Positions 8,395-16,270 of a stretch of DNA of 56,418 nucleotides are shown piece by piece. Within the stretch, counting starts at the first letter, position 1, and each line of letters begins with the position of its first letter. The stretch is from Candidatus Jorgensenbacteria bacterium. GTDB lineage: Bacteria; Patescibacteriota; Minisyncoccia; UBA6257; GWB1-50-10. The notes under the pieces are model-generated. The model had not been told where the DNA came from, ran no database searches, and saw only the letters and a list, made by a program, of their open reading frames with translations. The stretch covers positions 1 to 56,418 of the forward strand of contig JAZDPW010000012.1 of the NCBI GenBank assembly GCA_043797305.1, in the 5' to 3' direction. The translations under genes and the position numbers were made by a program.

Positions 8395-9018
8395 ATGAAG
8401 AAAAAAGAACAGATTCTTGTTAACCCGAACCACAATCGCAATTACAAATTGAAGTATAAAATCTGCGTTTCCGGCGCGGCTGAGACCGGGCACTGCGGTC
8501 CCGACGCGCTCGAGCAGGCGGAAACGATCGGCCGGGAAATCGCCCGCCACGGCCTTGTTCTCGTGACCGGCGCGACGACCGGTATTCCGTATTGGGCGGC
8601 CAAGGGCGCGAAAGCCGAAGGCGGCATCGTTATCGGTCTTTCGCCGGCCGTTTCCAAAGCCGCTCACATAAAAACCTATCGTCTTCCGACTGACTACCAC
8701 GACTTGATAATTTATACCGGCTTCGAGTATTCGGGCCGGAACCTGCTTCTTACTCGCGCATCGGACGCCGTAATCGTCCTTTGCGGCCGGGTTGGGACCT
8801 TGAACGAATTTACGATTGCTTTCGAAGACGAAAAACCGATAGGCGTTCTCGAGGGGCCTTGGTCCACCGACGATATCGTTCATGACATCATTAATAAAGG
8901 CCATCGCGGCCAGGGGAAAGTCATATTTTCGAAAAAACCGGCGGAACTTGTCGATAAACTGGTAAACTTAATAGAGAGCGAAGAGGCGAAAAATGGCATT
9001 AAAGGTCGGGTACTTTAA
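8395..9018 (+). CDS. LOG/TIGR00725-like Rossmann-fold protein
   Basis: VTGATTGIP...GGIVIGLSP and GRVGTLNEF (PGGxGTxxE-like) motifs. Confidence 0.55.
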   Translation: MKKKEQILVNPNHNRNYKLKYKICVSGAAETGHCGPDALEQAETIGREIARHGLVLVTGATTGIPYWAAKGAKAEGGIVIGLSPAVSKAAHIKTYRLPTDYHDLIIYTGFEYSGRNLLLTRASDAVIVLCGRVGTLNEFTIAFEDEKPIGVLEGPWSTDDIVHDIINKGHRGQGKVIFSKKPAELVDKLVNLIESEEAKNGIKGRVL

Positions 9019-9025
9019 TTGGAAA

Positions 9026-9301
9026 ATGGGATTTTTTTTCAAAAGTAAAAAAGACGAACTCAAGCCCATCGGTCAGGTTACCCATTACTACGGCGGTATT
9101 GGCGTTGCCATCGTTAAGTTCAAAAAAGGAGTGAAAGTCGGCGATCGGGTGCGTTTCAAGGGTGCTACCAGCGATTTTGAAGAGACGATAAAGTCAATGC
9201 AGTACAACCACGAAGATGTTAAGGAAGCGAAGAAGAACCAGGACATCGGTATCAAAGTGGGTGACAAGGTAAGAGAAGGGGACGAGGTTTTCGAAGTTTA
9301 A
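9026..9301 (+). CDS. Small beta-barrel protein (EF-Tu domain II-like 'elongation factor-like' family)
   Basis: 91 aa from an internal ATG, with a VTHYYGGIGVAIVKF...VGD.V.F...DFEE...SMQ pattern. Family recalled from memory, not searched. Confidence 0.4.
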   Translation: MGFFFKSKKDELKPIGQVTHYYGGIGVAIVKFKKGVKVGDRVRFKGATSDFEETIKSMQYNHEDVKEAKKNQDIGIKVGDKVREGDEVFEV

Positions 9302-9309
9302 GGATTTTC

Positions 9310-10413
9310 ATGAAGGGTTTTACTCTTTCGGTCGGGCTTCTTGCCGGGACGATTATTGGCGCAGGAATTTTTTCTCTGCCTTACGTTATAAACCAAATAG
9401 GCCTTATCACAGGCGTTTTTTATTTGGGTTTTTTTGCCCTCGTTTATTTTTTGATTTTCATAATGTACGCCACCCTCCTTGAAAGTTCCGAAGGAGAGCA
9501 CCGCTTTATTTTTTTGGCCCGGAAGTTCCTGCCCCGGCCCATCGCCGGTCTCGCTTCTTTTACGGCCATTACCGACCTTATCTTTACCCTTACCATTTAT
9601 CTTATTCTCGGCGTTTCTTTCCTGGGGTTGATTGCCGACATGTCGGTTCTTACCGCTCTCTTCGCTTTTTGGTTTTTCAGTTCGATTTTTATTTTCGCGA
9701 AACTTTCGTTTCAAGGCGTGGCGGAGGTTTTAGGGACGCTCGCAATTGTTGCGGTCGTAGTTCTTGTTTTCTTCTCGGGTAGCGGCGTGCCGGATGTGCC
9801 GCTTTTCAAGGAACTGGACCTCAATAAGCTTCTTCTTCCTTTCGGGCCGCTTCTCTTCGCCTACGCGGCGAGAGTCGCCATTCCCAAAATTATCGGCGAA
9901 TACAGGCGGGGAAAATCGGCCGGCCGCCCCTTTTCTTTCAAAAAGGCGATATTTTTCGGTACTTTCCTGCCGGCCGTCGTTTATCTGGTATTCGTTTTCG
10001 GAGTTTTGCGGCTCGCCCCCGACGTTTCACCGGAGACGCTCGGTAGTTTAACTTTTCTTTCTCCCATCGTTCTTCTTCTCCTCGGTATTTTAGGAATCCT
10101 CGCCTTATGGACTTCGTATTTTATGATTGGAGCGGACGTGCGGGAAACGTTGAAATACGATCTTAAGATTCCCGGTTGGGCGAGTTCTCTTTTCGTTCTG
10201 GCTCTACCCCTCGGTCTTTATTTTGCCGGTTTTCAGGAGTTTTTGACCGTTTTGAGTTTTACGGGCGGCGTTTTCCTGGGGCTTGAGGGAATCTTCATAA
10301 TCGCCATGTGGTGGCGGGCGTTTCCTTCGCACCGCCTGCGGTATTTCACTCTTCCACTTTCCGCCGTTTTCGTCCTCGCTCTTATTTACTCCTTAGTCGA
10401 TTTCGTTCTATAG
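9310..10413 (+). CDS. Amino-acid permease-like polytopic membrane protein
   Basis: 367 aa, about 11 hydrophobic segments. The N-terminal GTIIGAGIFSLPY resembles APC / aromatic amino-acid permeases. Confidence 0.5.
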   Translation: MKGFTLSVGLLAGTIIGAGIFSLPYVINQIGLITGVFYLGFFALVYFLIFIMYATLLESSEGEHRFIFLARKFLPRPIAGLASFTAITDLIFTLTIYLILGVSFLGLIADMSVLTALFAFWFFSSIFIFAKLSFQGVAEVLGTLAIVAVVVLVFFSGSGVPDVPLFKELDLNKLLLPFGPLLFAYAARVAIPKIIGEYRRGKSAGRPFSFKKAIFFGTFLPAVVYLVFVFGVLRLAPDVSPETLGSLTFLSPIVLLLLGILGILALWTSYFMIGADVRETLKYDLKIPGWASSLFVLALPLGLYFAGFQEFLTVLSFTGGVFLGLEGIFIIAMWWRAFPSHRLRYFTLPLSAVFVLALIYSLVDFVL

Positions 10414-10425
10414 TAGATGGATAAT

Positions 10426-10502
10426 GCCCTCGTCGTTTAACTCCGACGCTCGCAAAGCGAGGTCGGAGCTCCGACCCCAGAGGGGCGTCGGAGCGGATAG
10501 GA
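10426..10502 (+). pseudogene. Duplicated 5' fragment of tRNA-Arg(CCG), interrupted by a double-hairpin element
   Basis: gccctcgtcgttTaa + [53-nt insert, 10441-10493] + cggatagga. The intact tRNA reads gccctcgtcgttCaacggatagga at 10777-10800. Confidence 0.7.
10441..10493 (+). repeat. Double-hairpin element, copy A (CTCCGAC...GTCGGAG twice)
   Basis: ctccgac-gctcgcaaagcgag-gtcggag followed by ctccgac-cccagaggggc-gtcggag. Related copies lie at 21239-21293 and 26469-26512. Confidence 0.8.
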
Positions 10503-10510
10503 TAACATTT

Positions 10511-10771
10511 ATGAAAGGGTATGTTTATGTTTTAAAGGACAGTCTTGGTAGGTTCTATGTTGGAAGCACTGATAGGCCAGAGAGAAGAATGCGGCAACAC
10601 CAAGGAGGACATACACAGACCACACGTAATATGAAATCATGGGGTTTGGTGCTTCTCCAAGAATATGAATCGCTTCCAGAAGCCAGACGAATTGAAAGAA
10701 AAATTAAGCGAATGAAAAGGAAAGATTACATTGAGAAAATGATTCGTGAAAAATGTATTAGAATAAAGTAA
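10511..10771 (+). CDS. GIY-YIG nuclease family protein
   Basis: MKGYVYVLKDSLGRFYVGSTDRPERRMRQH carries the GIY...YIG motif plus the conserved Arg. Start taken at internal ATG 10511. Confidence 0.8.
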   Translation: MKGYVYVLKDSLGRFYVGSTDRPERRMRQHQGGHTQTTRNMKSWGLVLLQEYESLPEARRIERKIKRMKRKDYIEKMIREKCIRIK

Positions 10772-10776
10772 CCCTT

Positions 10777-10848
10777 GCCCTCGTCGTTCAACGGATAGGA
10801 CGTGAGCTTCCGGAGCTTAAGATAGGGGTTCGATTCCTCTCGAGGGCG
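10777..10848 (+). tRNA. tRNA-Arg (anticodon CCG)
   Basis: Hand-folded cloverleaf: acceptor GCCCTCG/CGAGGGC, anticodon loop TTCCGGA, T-loop TTCGATT. CCA is not encoded. Confidence 0.85.
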
Positions 10849-10860
10849 CAAAAACAAAAA

Positions 10861-10889
10861 GCCGGGCTTTATATCCGGCATTTTATTTT
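10861..10889 (+). terminator. Intrinsic terminator after tRNA-Arg
   Basis: GCCGG-gctttatat-CCGGC followed by ATTTTATTTT. Confidence 0.55.
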
Positions 10890-11017
10890 CTCGTGAGGAA
10901 TCGAACACGAGAGGGGGTCGGGGAGAAGTTCAAGGTCTCCCCGTGTCGGATTGAGGTCGCCTGAGGCGACCGGACACAAAACCGAGGGTTTTGTGGGAGC
11001 AAATGAAGATGAGCGAC

Positions 11018-11041
11018 GTTCGCTTCCTTCGAGGGCGCAAA
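11018..11041 (+). repeat. Degenerate direct repeat of the tRNA-Arg 3' end (att-like)
   Basis: gttcgcttcct-tcgagggcgcaaa compared with the tRNA 3' end gttcgattcctctcgagggcgcaaa (10828-10852): about 23 of 25 positions match, with one gap. Confidence 0.6.
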
Positions 11042-11045
11042 CTTC

Positions 11046-11076
11046 AAAAACGGCTCAACCTGGTTGAGCCGTTTTT
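11046..11076. terminator. Bidirectional hairpin terminator
   Basis: AAAAA-CGGCTCAAC-ctg-GTTGAGCCG-TTTTT. Confidence 0.6.
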
Positions 11077-11133
11077 GCTTTCCTGTAAATAATTTTGTAA
11101 AATCCTCACAGAACCCTTACAGGAGGAAGGCCC

Positions 11134-11469
11134 ATGTCTGATAACTCTAAGGAATTCCCGTCGGTTGAGAACTTGGAGGCGGTCGCTTGGCTCTGCTTGG
11201 AAGGAGCGGCTATGACCGATCTCGATCAGTTCCCGCCCGGCTCCGGGATGAGCAGTGCCCGCAGGCTTCACGCGCGCAAGAGGCAATTCGAGGAAGCCGC
11301 GGTCAGGCTGAAGGCCGGAACCGGCATCCGGGAACTCGGTCTCTCTTTCACGGACTTCGCCTGGGCCGCTTCCATGGCGTACAGAGCAATCGATAAGGAG
11401 GGATGGCGGCGCCGTTTCGAGGCGGCGGCCGACGAGATGAAGGAACCGGAGTCGGTGGAAGGAGGATAG
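11134..11469 (+). CDS. Hypothetical protein in a GC-rich islet
   Basis: 111-aa ORF. AGGAGG lies 7 nt before the ATG. Third codon positions are GC-rich. No recognisable motif. Confidence 0.45.
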   Translation: MSDNSKEFPSVENLEAVAWLCLEGAAMTDLDQFPPGSGMSSARRLHARKRQFEEAAVRLKAGTGIRELGLSFTDFAWAASMAYRAIDKEGWRRRFEAAADEMKEPESVEGG

Positions 11470-11473
11470 GGTC

Positions 11474-11743
11474 ATGCCCAAAGGAACCGTCGTTTACCGC
11501 GCCGAGAACTATATCCTCGTCAGTCTGGCAGCCAGGCGGGTCAGGGTTGGTGCCAGGCAGAGCGTACACCCACAGACGCTTCTTCGTTGGGTTAAGACTC
11601 GGAAGGAAGTGAACGGACAGCCGATCCGAGCGATTCAGGACCCGATGAGTCGCCGCTACTACGTCCTCGAGAAGGACGTTGAGCGGATGTCCGATCCGGA
11701 CAGGTTCTTCGAAGTGGTGGTGCCGAAGCCGAATGGAGGCTAG
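11474..11743 (+). CDS. Small HTH protein (excisionase/MerR-like), GC-rich islet
   Basis: 89-aa ORF. GGAGG lies 8 nt before the ATG. The segment SLAARRVRVGARQSVHPQTLLRWVKT looks like an Xis/AlpA-type helix-turn-helix. Confidence 0.4.
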   Translation: MPKGTVVYRAENYILVSLAARRVRVGARQSVHPQTLLRWVKTRKEVNGQPIRAIQDPMSRRYYVLEKDVERMSDPDRFFEVVVPKPNGG

Positions 11744-11783
11744 GACTTACCACTGCAGTAAGCATTGAGCAGTAGTTTTGCTC

Positions 11784-11819
11784 CCCGCCAACAGCAACGT
11801 TGGCGGGTTTGCTTTTGTT
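11784..11819 (+). terminator. Intrinsic terminator closing the GC-rich islet
   Basis: CCCGCCAAC (11784-11792) pairs with GTTGGCGGG (11799-11807), followed by TTTGCTTTTGTT. Confidence 0.6.
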
Positions 11820-11879
11820 GGGGTTCCTAGCTGCTCAACGCGCTCTGCCGTTTTCTGTTATTATGGTGGAAAGAGATTT

Positions 11880-12788
11880 ATGGTTATTAGAAAAAACGTC
11901 CCGCTCGCGCCGCTTAGCACCTTCCGGATAGGAGGACGGGTTGAACGCTTTTGCGAAATCCGCCGTCCGGAAGAATTATCCGAAGCCGTTAGGTTTGCCC
12001 GCACTAAAAAAATTCCCTATCGGATTCTGGGCGGTGGTTCGAACGTCGTTTTTCCGGACGGCAAGCTAAAAGGACTTTTGATAAAAATATCGGTCGGCGG
12101 GATAAAAAGGGGAAAGAACCGAATCACGGCCGGTGCCGCCGTTCCGTTAACCGACGTGATTAAGACGTCAGTCCGAGCTGGCTTAAAAGGACTTGAAACA
12201 TTATCGGGTATTCCCGGCACGGTGGGAGGCGCCGTGGTGGGAAACGCCGGCGCCTACGGCCACTCTATTTCCGAAGTGGTTGATAAAGTCAGGGTTTGGG
12301 ATGGCAGAAAAATAAGGGAATTGAGGAAAAAAGACTGCCGATTTGGTTATCGGGAGAGTGTTTTGAAACACAAACCCTACATTGTCTTGGGGGCAACGCT
12401 GAGATTTAGAAAAGGAGATGCTAAAAAACTCCAAAAAACATCGGGAGAAATCATAAAAACCCGGGAGAGGAAATATAAGCCGGGAATCCGGTGTCCGGGC
12501 AGTTTTTTCAAAAACGTATTGGCAAAGAACGTTTCCAAAAAAGCGCTCTCAAAAATAGATAAATCAAAAATCATTGAAGGGAAAATCCCGGCTGGCTATC
12601 TTTTGGAAGCAGTGGGCGCGAAAGGCATACGGGTCGGCGGGATAAGGATTGCCGACTTTCACGGTAATCTTTTCGTAAACAACGGTAGGGGTAAAGCGAG
12701 AGACGTTAAGAAATTGTCGCGGATCTTGAAAGATCGGGTAAAGCGGAAATTTGGTATTTGCCTTGAGGAGGAAGTGAGGTATTTTTAA
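11880..12788 (+). CDS. murB: UDP-N-acetylenolpyruvoylglucosamine reductase
   Basis: MVIRKNVPLAPLSTFRIGG..., GGGSNV and GIPGTVGGAVVGNAGAYG motifs. Start taken at internal ATG 11880. Confidence 0.85.
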   Translation: MVIRKNVPLAPLSTFRIGGRVERFCEIRRPEELSEAVRFARTKKIPYRILGGGSNVVFPDGKLKGLLIKISVGGIKRGKNRITAGAAVPLTDVIKTSVRAGLKGLETLSGIPGTVGGAVVGNAGAYGHSISEVVDKVRVWDGRKIRELRKKDCRFGYRESVLKHKPYIVLGATLRFRKGDAKKLQKTSGEIIKTRERKYKPGIRCPGSFFKNVLAKNVSKKALSKIDKSKIIEGKIPAGYLLEAVGAKGIRVGGIRIADFHGNLFVNNGRGKARDVKKLSRILKDRVKRKFGICLEEEVRYF

Positions 12789-12792
12789 ATTT

Positions 12793-13413
12793 ATGGAGAG
12801 CAAGGAGGAAAAGCTCAAAACCCTTGAGGGAGAGATGGAAACCAATACCTCGCTTCCGCTTCGGGAATCGAATTTGGTTTTCGGCGTGGGGAACATCGAT
12901 TCGGAAGTAATGTTTATCGGTGAAGGCCCGGGTTTTTACGAAGACAAAATGAAGCGACCGTTCGTCGGCCGGGCTGGCCAGCTCTTGGACAAACTCATTA
13001 TTGGTATCGGCTGGAAAAGAGAAGATGTTTATATCACGAACATCGTGAAGCGCCGGCCGCCGGGCAACCGCGACCCCCTGCCGGAAGAGATCGAAAGCTA
13101 CAAACCCTACTTGACTTGTCAAATCGAAATCATTAGTCCCAAGATAATCGTGCCGCTCGGCCGTTTCGCGATGAATTACTTTCTGCCGGCGGCAAAAATT
13201 ACCCGCGATAACGGTAAAGTTTTCCGGTCGGGTAAATGCTGTGTTATTCCGCTCTTTCACCCGGCCGCCGCCCTTCGCTCGACGCAGGTTTTAGAAGAAC
13301 TTACGGAAGAGTTTTCCAAACTCCCCCAAAAAATAAAGGAGTGCGAATCCCTGCTTTTACAGCCGGAAGAGCCCCAAAAAGAAAGCCCGGAGAGCCAGAA
13401 AACTTTGTTTTGA
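12793..13413 (+). CDS. Uracil-DNA glycosylase, family 4
   Basis: VMFIGEGPGFYEDKMKRPFVGRAGQLL and HPAA motifs. Confidence 0.85.
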   Translation: MESKEEKLKTLEGEMETNTSLPLRESNLVFGVGNIDSEVMFIGEGPGFYEDKMKRPFVGRAGQLLDKLIIGIGWKREDVYITNIVKRRPPGNRDPLPEEIESYKPYLTCQIEIISPKIIVPLGRFAMNYFLPAAKITRDNGKVFRSGKCCVIPLFHPAAALRSTQVLEELTEEFSKLPQKIKECESLLLQPEEPQKESPESQKTLF

Positions 13414-13427
13414 GCTATAATTAAAAA

Positions 13428-13769
13428 ATGGATTCGGCCCCGGTTTATTTAATCGAGAGATTCTTTTATCGGATTCGGACATTTATCGAACATTGGTATG
13501 TCGTGAGTTTCAAAAAGTACTCCGACTTCGTTTTGAACCTCCTTTCCAAAGTGGATTATTACCTTGCTTGGGAAATCACCCTGAAGCACCTTTTTCACCC
13601 GCTCTACAAGGATTACACCTTCATCGGTTATGTTTTGGGTTTTATTTTCCGTTCGGTGCGGCTTCTCGTCGCCGGCGTCATTTACCTCGTTTTGTTCGCC
13701 ATAATCATCGGATTGTATCTTCTCTGGCTTCTTATTCCGCCGGCCATAGTTTACACGATTTTTACCTGA
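13428..13769 (+). CDS. Hypothetical membrane protein
   Basis: 113-aa ORF with a C-terminal hydrophobic region. Its stop is 1 nt before the start of the next gene. Confidence 0.4.
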   Translation: MDSAPVYLIERFFYRIRTFIEHWYVVSFKKYSDFVLNLLSKVDYYLAWEITLKHLFHPLYKDYTFIGYVLGFIFRSVRLLVAGVIYLVLFAIIIGLYLLWLLIPPAIVYTIFT

Positions 13770-13770
13770 A

Positions 13771-16266
13771 ATGGCTCTCTATTTTAAAGAACCGAGATTG
13801 GGACTTACCAAAATAGGCGAGTTTCTCACCCGGCTCGTTGCTTACTCAACATATATCGGCCTTACGGCCGGCACACTCCTTCTCTTTTTTTCCGACCTGC
13901 CTTCTTTGAAGCGGCTCGCGGTTTTAATCGCTCTCTTTCTTATCGACAGGGTTCTCCATCTCGGCGAAGCCGAAATGTCAATCCGCGACTTGGATAAAAC
14001 GGAAGAAAAAATCAATCTGGCCGAAGTTTTAACGCCGGCCGCCTATAAAATCATCAACCACGCTTTTCGGAAATCGCTCATGGTCGGTCAGAATTTCAAT
14101 CTTCTTATTTTCAGAGAGCTTGTCATGCGACGCGACGTAAGAGAAGCCCTGAGGCGTTTGAGCGTTCCGTTCGGCGAATGCCTCGATAAAGTCGAGGAAC
14201 ACCTCGAAGAAACCGAACATTCCAGCCGACCGGAGCTTTTGAAATCAATCGAGAAACTGGTTTTGGCATCCTACGAGAACGCGGTAAGAACCGATGAACA
14301 GTTTATCGAGCCCCGGAATATTTTCGTCGCCCTTTCCCGGACGGGCGACGAAAAAATCGCCAAGCTTTTTGAGCTTTTTAACCTGACCGGAAAAGATTTG
14401 GAAGAAACGGTCATTTTTGGAAGATATAGCCGGCTCTTTTCTCGCGTCCATCGTCTGCCGGCGGTTTTAGGCGGTTTCGCCCATCGCCCCAATCATCTCA
14501 GGAAAAGAGTCGTTAATCGCGCCTGGACTTCCCGGCCAACGCCTATGCTCGATAGTTTCAGCACTGACTTTACTGCCCTTGCCCGTGCCGAAAAAGTCGG
14601 ATTTCTCGTCGGTCACGAAAAAGACTTCGATTCGATGTTGAATGTCATTTCCCGGTCGGGCAAACCGAATGTTCTGCTTGTGGGAGAACCCGGTGTCGGG
14701 AAATCGACCTTGATTCACCACCTCGCTTTCCGGATGATTAAAGACGAAGTGCCGCCGATTCTTTTCGATAAGCGGCTGATTTCTCTGGAGCTCGGCAATC
14801 TACTTTCCGACGCTCCGGCCGACGTTTTGGCTGCACGTCTCCGGAAAATAACGGAGGAAATAATTCTTGCCGGCAATATTGTTCTTTTTATTCCCAACAT
14901 CCACGACTTGTTCCGAACGGCCGAGAAAGACGCCTTAAACGCGATAGACATTATTTTGCCGGTAATAAAGAACGCCGAGATACCGACAATCGGCGAAACA
15001 TTTCCGAAAGAATTCAAGCGCTACATCGAGTCGCGTTCGGATTTTCTGGAGCAGTTTGAAGTTGTTGAAGTGGCTGAAATCACCAAAGAAGAAGCGTTGC
15101 GGTTTCTTGTTTACATGAGCTTAATTCTCGAGAGGGAATTTAAAGTCGTTATTACCTTGAGGGCGATAAGCAAAGCGGTAGAACTGGCCAGCCGTTATTT
15201 CCGGAAAAAGCCCTTGCCGGGGTCGGCTGTTGACCTCTTGAAGCAAGCTCTTGCCTGGGCGAGCGAGCAAAAATTGAAGGTTCTGGAAGAAAATCTCGTT
15301 GTCGAAGTAGCCGAGGGACAAAGCAAGATACCGATAGAGAAAGCCGGAACGGAAGAAACGGCAAAACTGCTCGACTTGGAAAACATCATCCACCGAAGGT
15401 TGGTTAACCAAGAAACGTCGGTCCGGGCGGTCTCGCGGGCGCTCCGGGAATATCGGAGCGGCCTTTCCCGGCGCGGCGGCCCGATTGCCGTTTTTCTCTT
15501 TGTGGGGCCGACCGGTGTCGGCAAAACGGAACTGGCCAAAATTTTAACCCAGACCATGTTTGGTTCGAAAGAATCAATGGAGCGTTTTGACATGTCCGAA
15601 TATCAGGACAAGACAAGCGTTTTCCGTCTCATCGGCAATCCGGACGGTTCGCGCACCGGTTCTTTGACGGACGCGATTTTAAAGAAGCCCTACAGCTTAA
15701 TTCTCCTCGACGAGTTCGAAAAATCACATCCGGATATCTTAAATATTTTCCTTCAGGTTTTTGACGACGGGCGCCTGACCGACAGTTTGGGCCGGACCGC
15801 CGGTTTCGAAAACACCATCATCATCGCTACCTCGAACGCCCATTCCAACTTCATCAAAGAAGAAGTCGAAAAAGGGAAGTCGATTGAAGAAATCAGCGAG
15901 GAGTTGAAGAAGAAACTGACCGAATATTTCAAGCCCGAGCTTCTGAACCGTTTCTCCGACATCATTGTTTTCAGGAATTTGAAGATTGAAGAAATTCAGG
16001 TAATTGCCGGCATCCTGGTCGGAGAAGTGACGGAGCTTTTAAAGGAAACTCACGGCATCGTTCTTCGGGTCGAGGAATCAGCCATAAGAGAAATAGCCAA
16101 GCAAGGTTTCAGCCCCGTTTACGGCGCAAGGCCTCTCCGGCAGGTCATTTCGGAGAAAATAAAGAGCCCGCTTGCCGAAAAGATTCTCAAAAAAGAAATA
16201 GCGCGGGGCAACGAAATTTCGGTTGTTTTCGAAAAGGGCCGTTTTGAATTTAAACTGACCTCATAG
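13771..16266 (+). CDS. Membrane-anchored Clp/Hsp100-type AAA+ ATPase (ClpC-like) with a degenerate first ATPase module
   Basis: N-terminal hydrophobic segments and Clp_N-like repeats. D1 has P-loop GEPGVGKST but FIPNIHDL in place of the Walker B FIDEIH. D2 has [16 protein letters not shown] and GARPLRQ intact. Confidence 0.8.
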   Translation: MALYFKEPRLGLTKIGEFLTRLVAYSTYIGLTAGTLLLFFSDLPSLKRLAVLIALFLIDRVLHLGEAEMSIRDLDKTEEKINLAEVLTPAAYKIINHAFRKSLMVGQNFNLLIFRELVMRRDVREALRRLSVPFGECLDKVEEHLEETEHSSRPELLKSIEKLVLASYENAVRTDEQFIEPRNIFVALSRTGDEKIAKLFELFNLTGKDLEETVIFGRYSRLFSRVHRLPAVLGGFAHRPNHLRKRVVNRAWTSRPTPMLDSFSTDFTALARAEKVGFLVGHEKDFDSMLNVISRSGKPNVLLVGEPGVGKSTLIHHLAFRMIKDEVPPILFDKRLISLELGNLLSDAPADVLAARLRKITEEIILAGNIVLFIPNIHDLFRTAEKDALNAIDIILPVIKNAEIPTIGETFPKEFKRYIESRSDFLEQFEVVEVAEITKEEALRFLVYMSLILEREFKVVITLRAISKAVELASRYFRKKPLPGSAVDLLKQALAWASEQKLKVLEENLVVEVAEGQSKIPIEKAGTEETAKLLDLENIIHRRLVNQETSVRAVSRALREYRSGLSRRGGPIAVFLFVGPTGVGKTELAKILTQTMFGSKESMERFDMSEYQDKTSVFRLIGNPDGSRTGSLTDAILKKPYSLILLDEFEKSHPDILNIFLQVFDDGRLTDSLGRTAGFENTIIIATSNAHSNFIKEEVEKGKSIEEISEELKKKLTEYFKPELLNRFSDIIVFRNLKIEEIQVIAGILVGEVTELLKETHGIVLRVEESAIREIAKQGFSPVYGARPLRQVISEKIKSPLAEKILKKEIARGNEISVVFEKGRFEFKLTS

Positions 16267-16270
16267 GACT

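Noticed and set aside
11187-11612. Alternative overlapping ORFs in GC-rich islet 3: 11187-11396(+), 11403-11612(+), 11044-11481(-), 11348-11569(-).
   Set aside because: High GC produces open frames on all strands. Only 11134-11469 and 11474-11743 have a GGAGG site at the correct spacing and GC-rich third codon positions.
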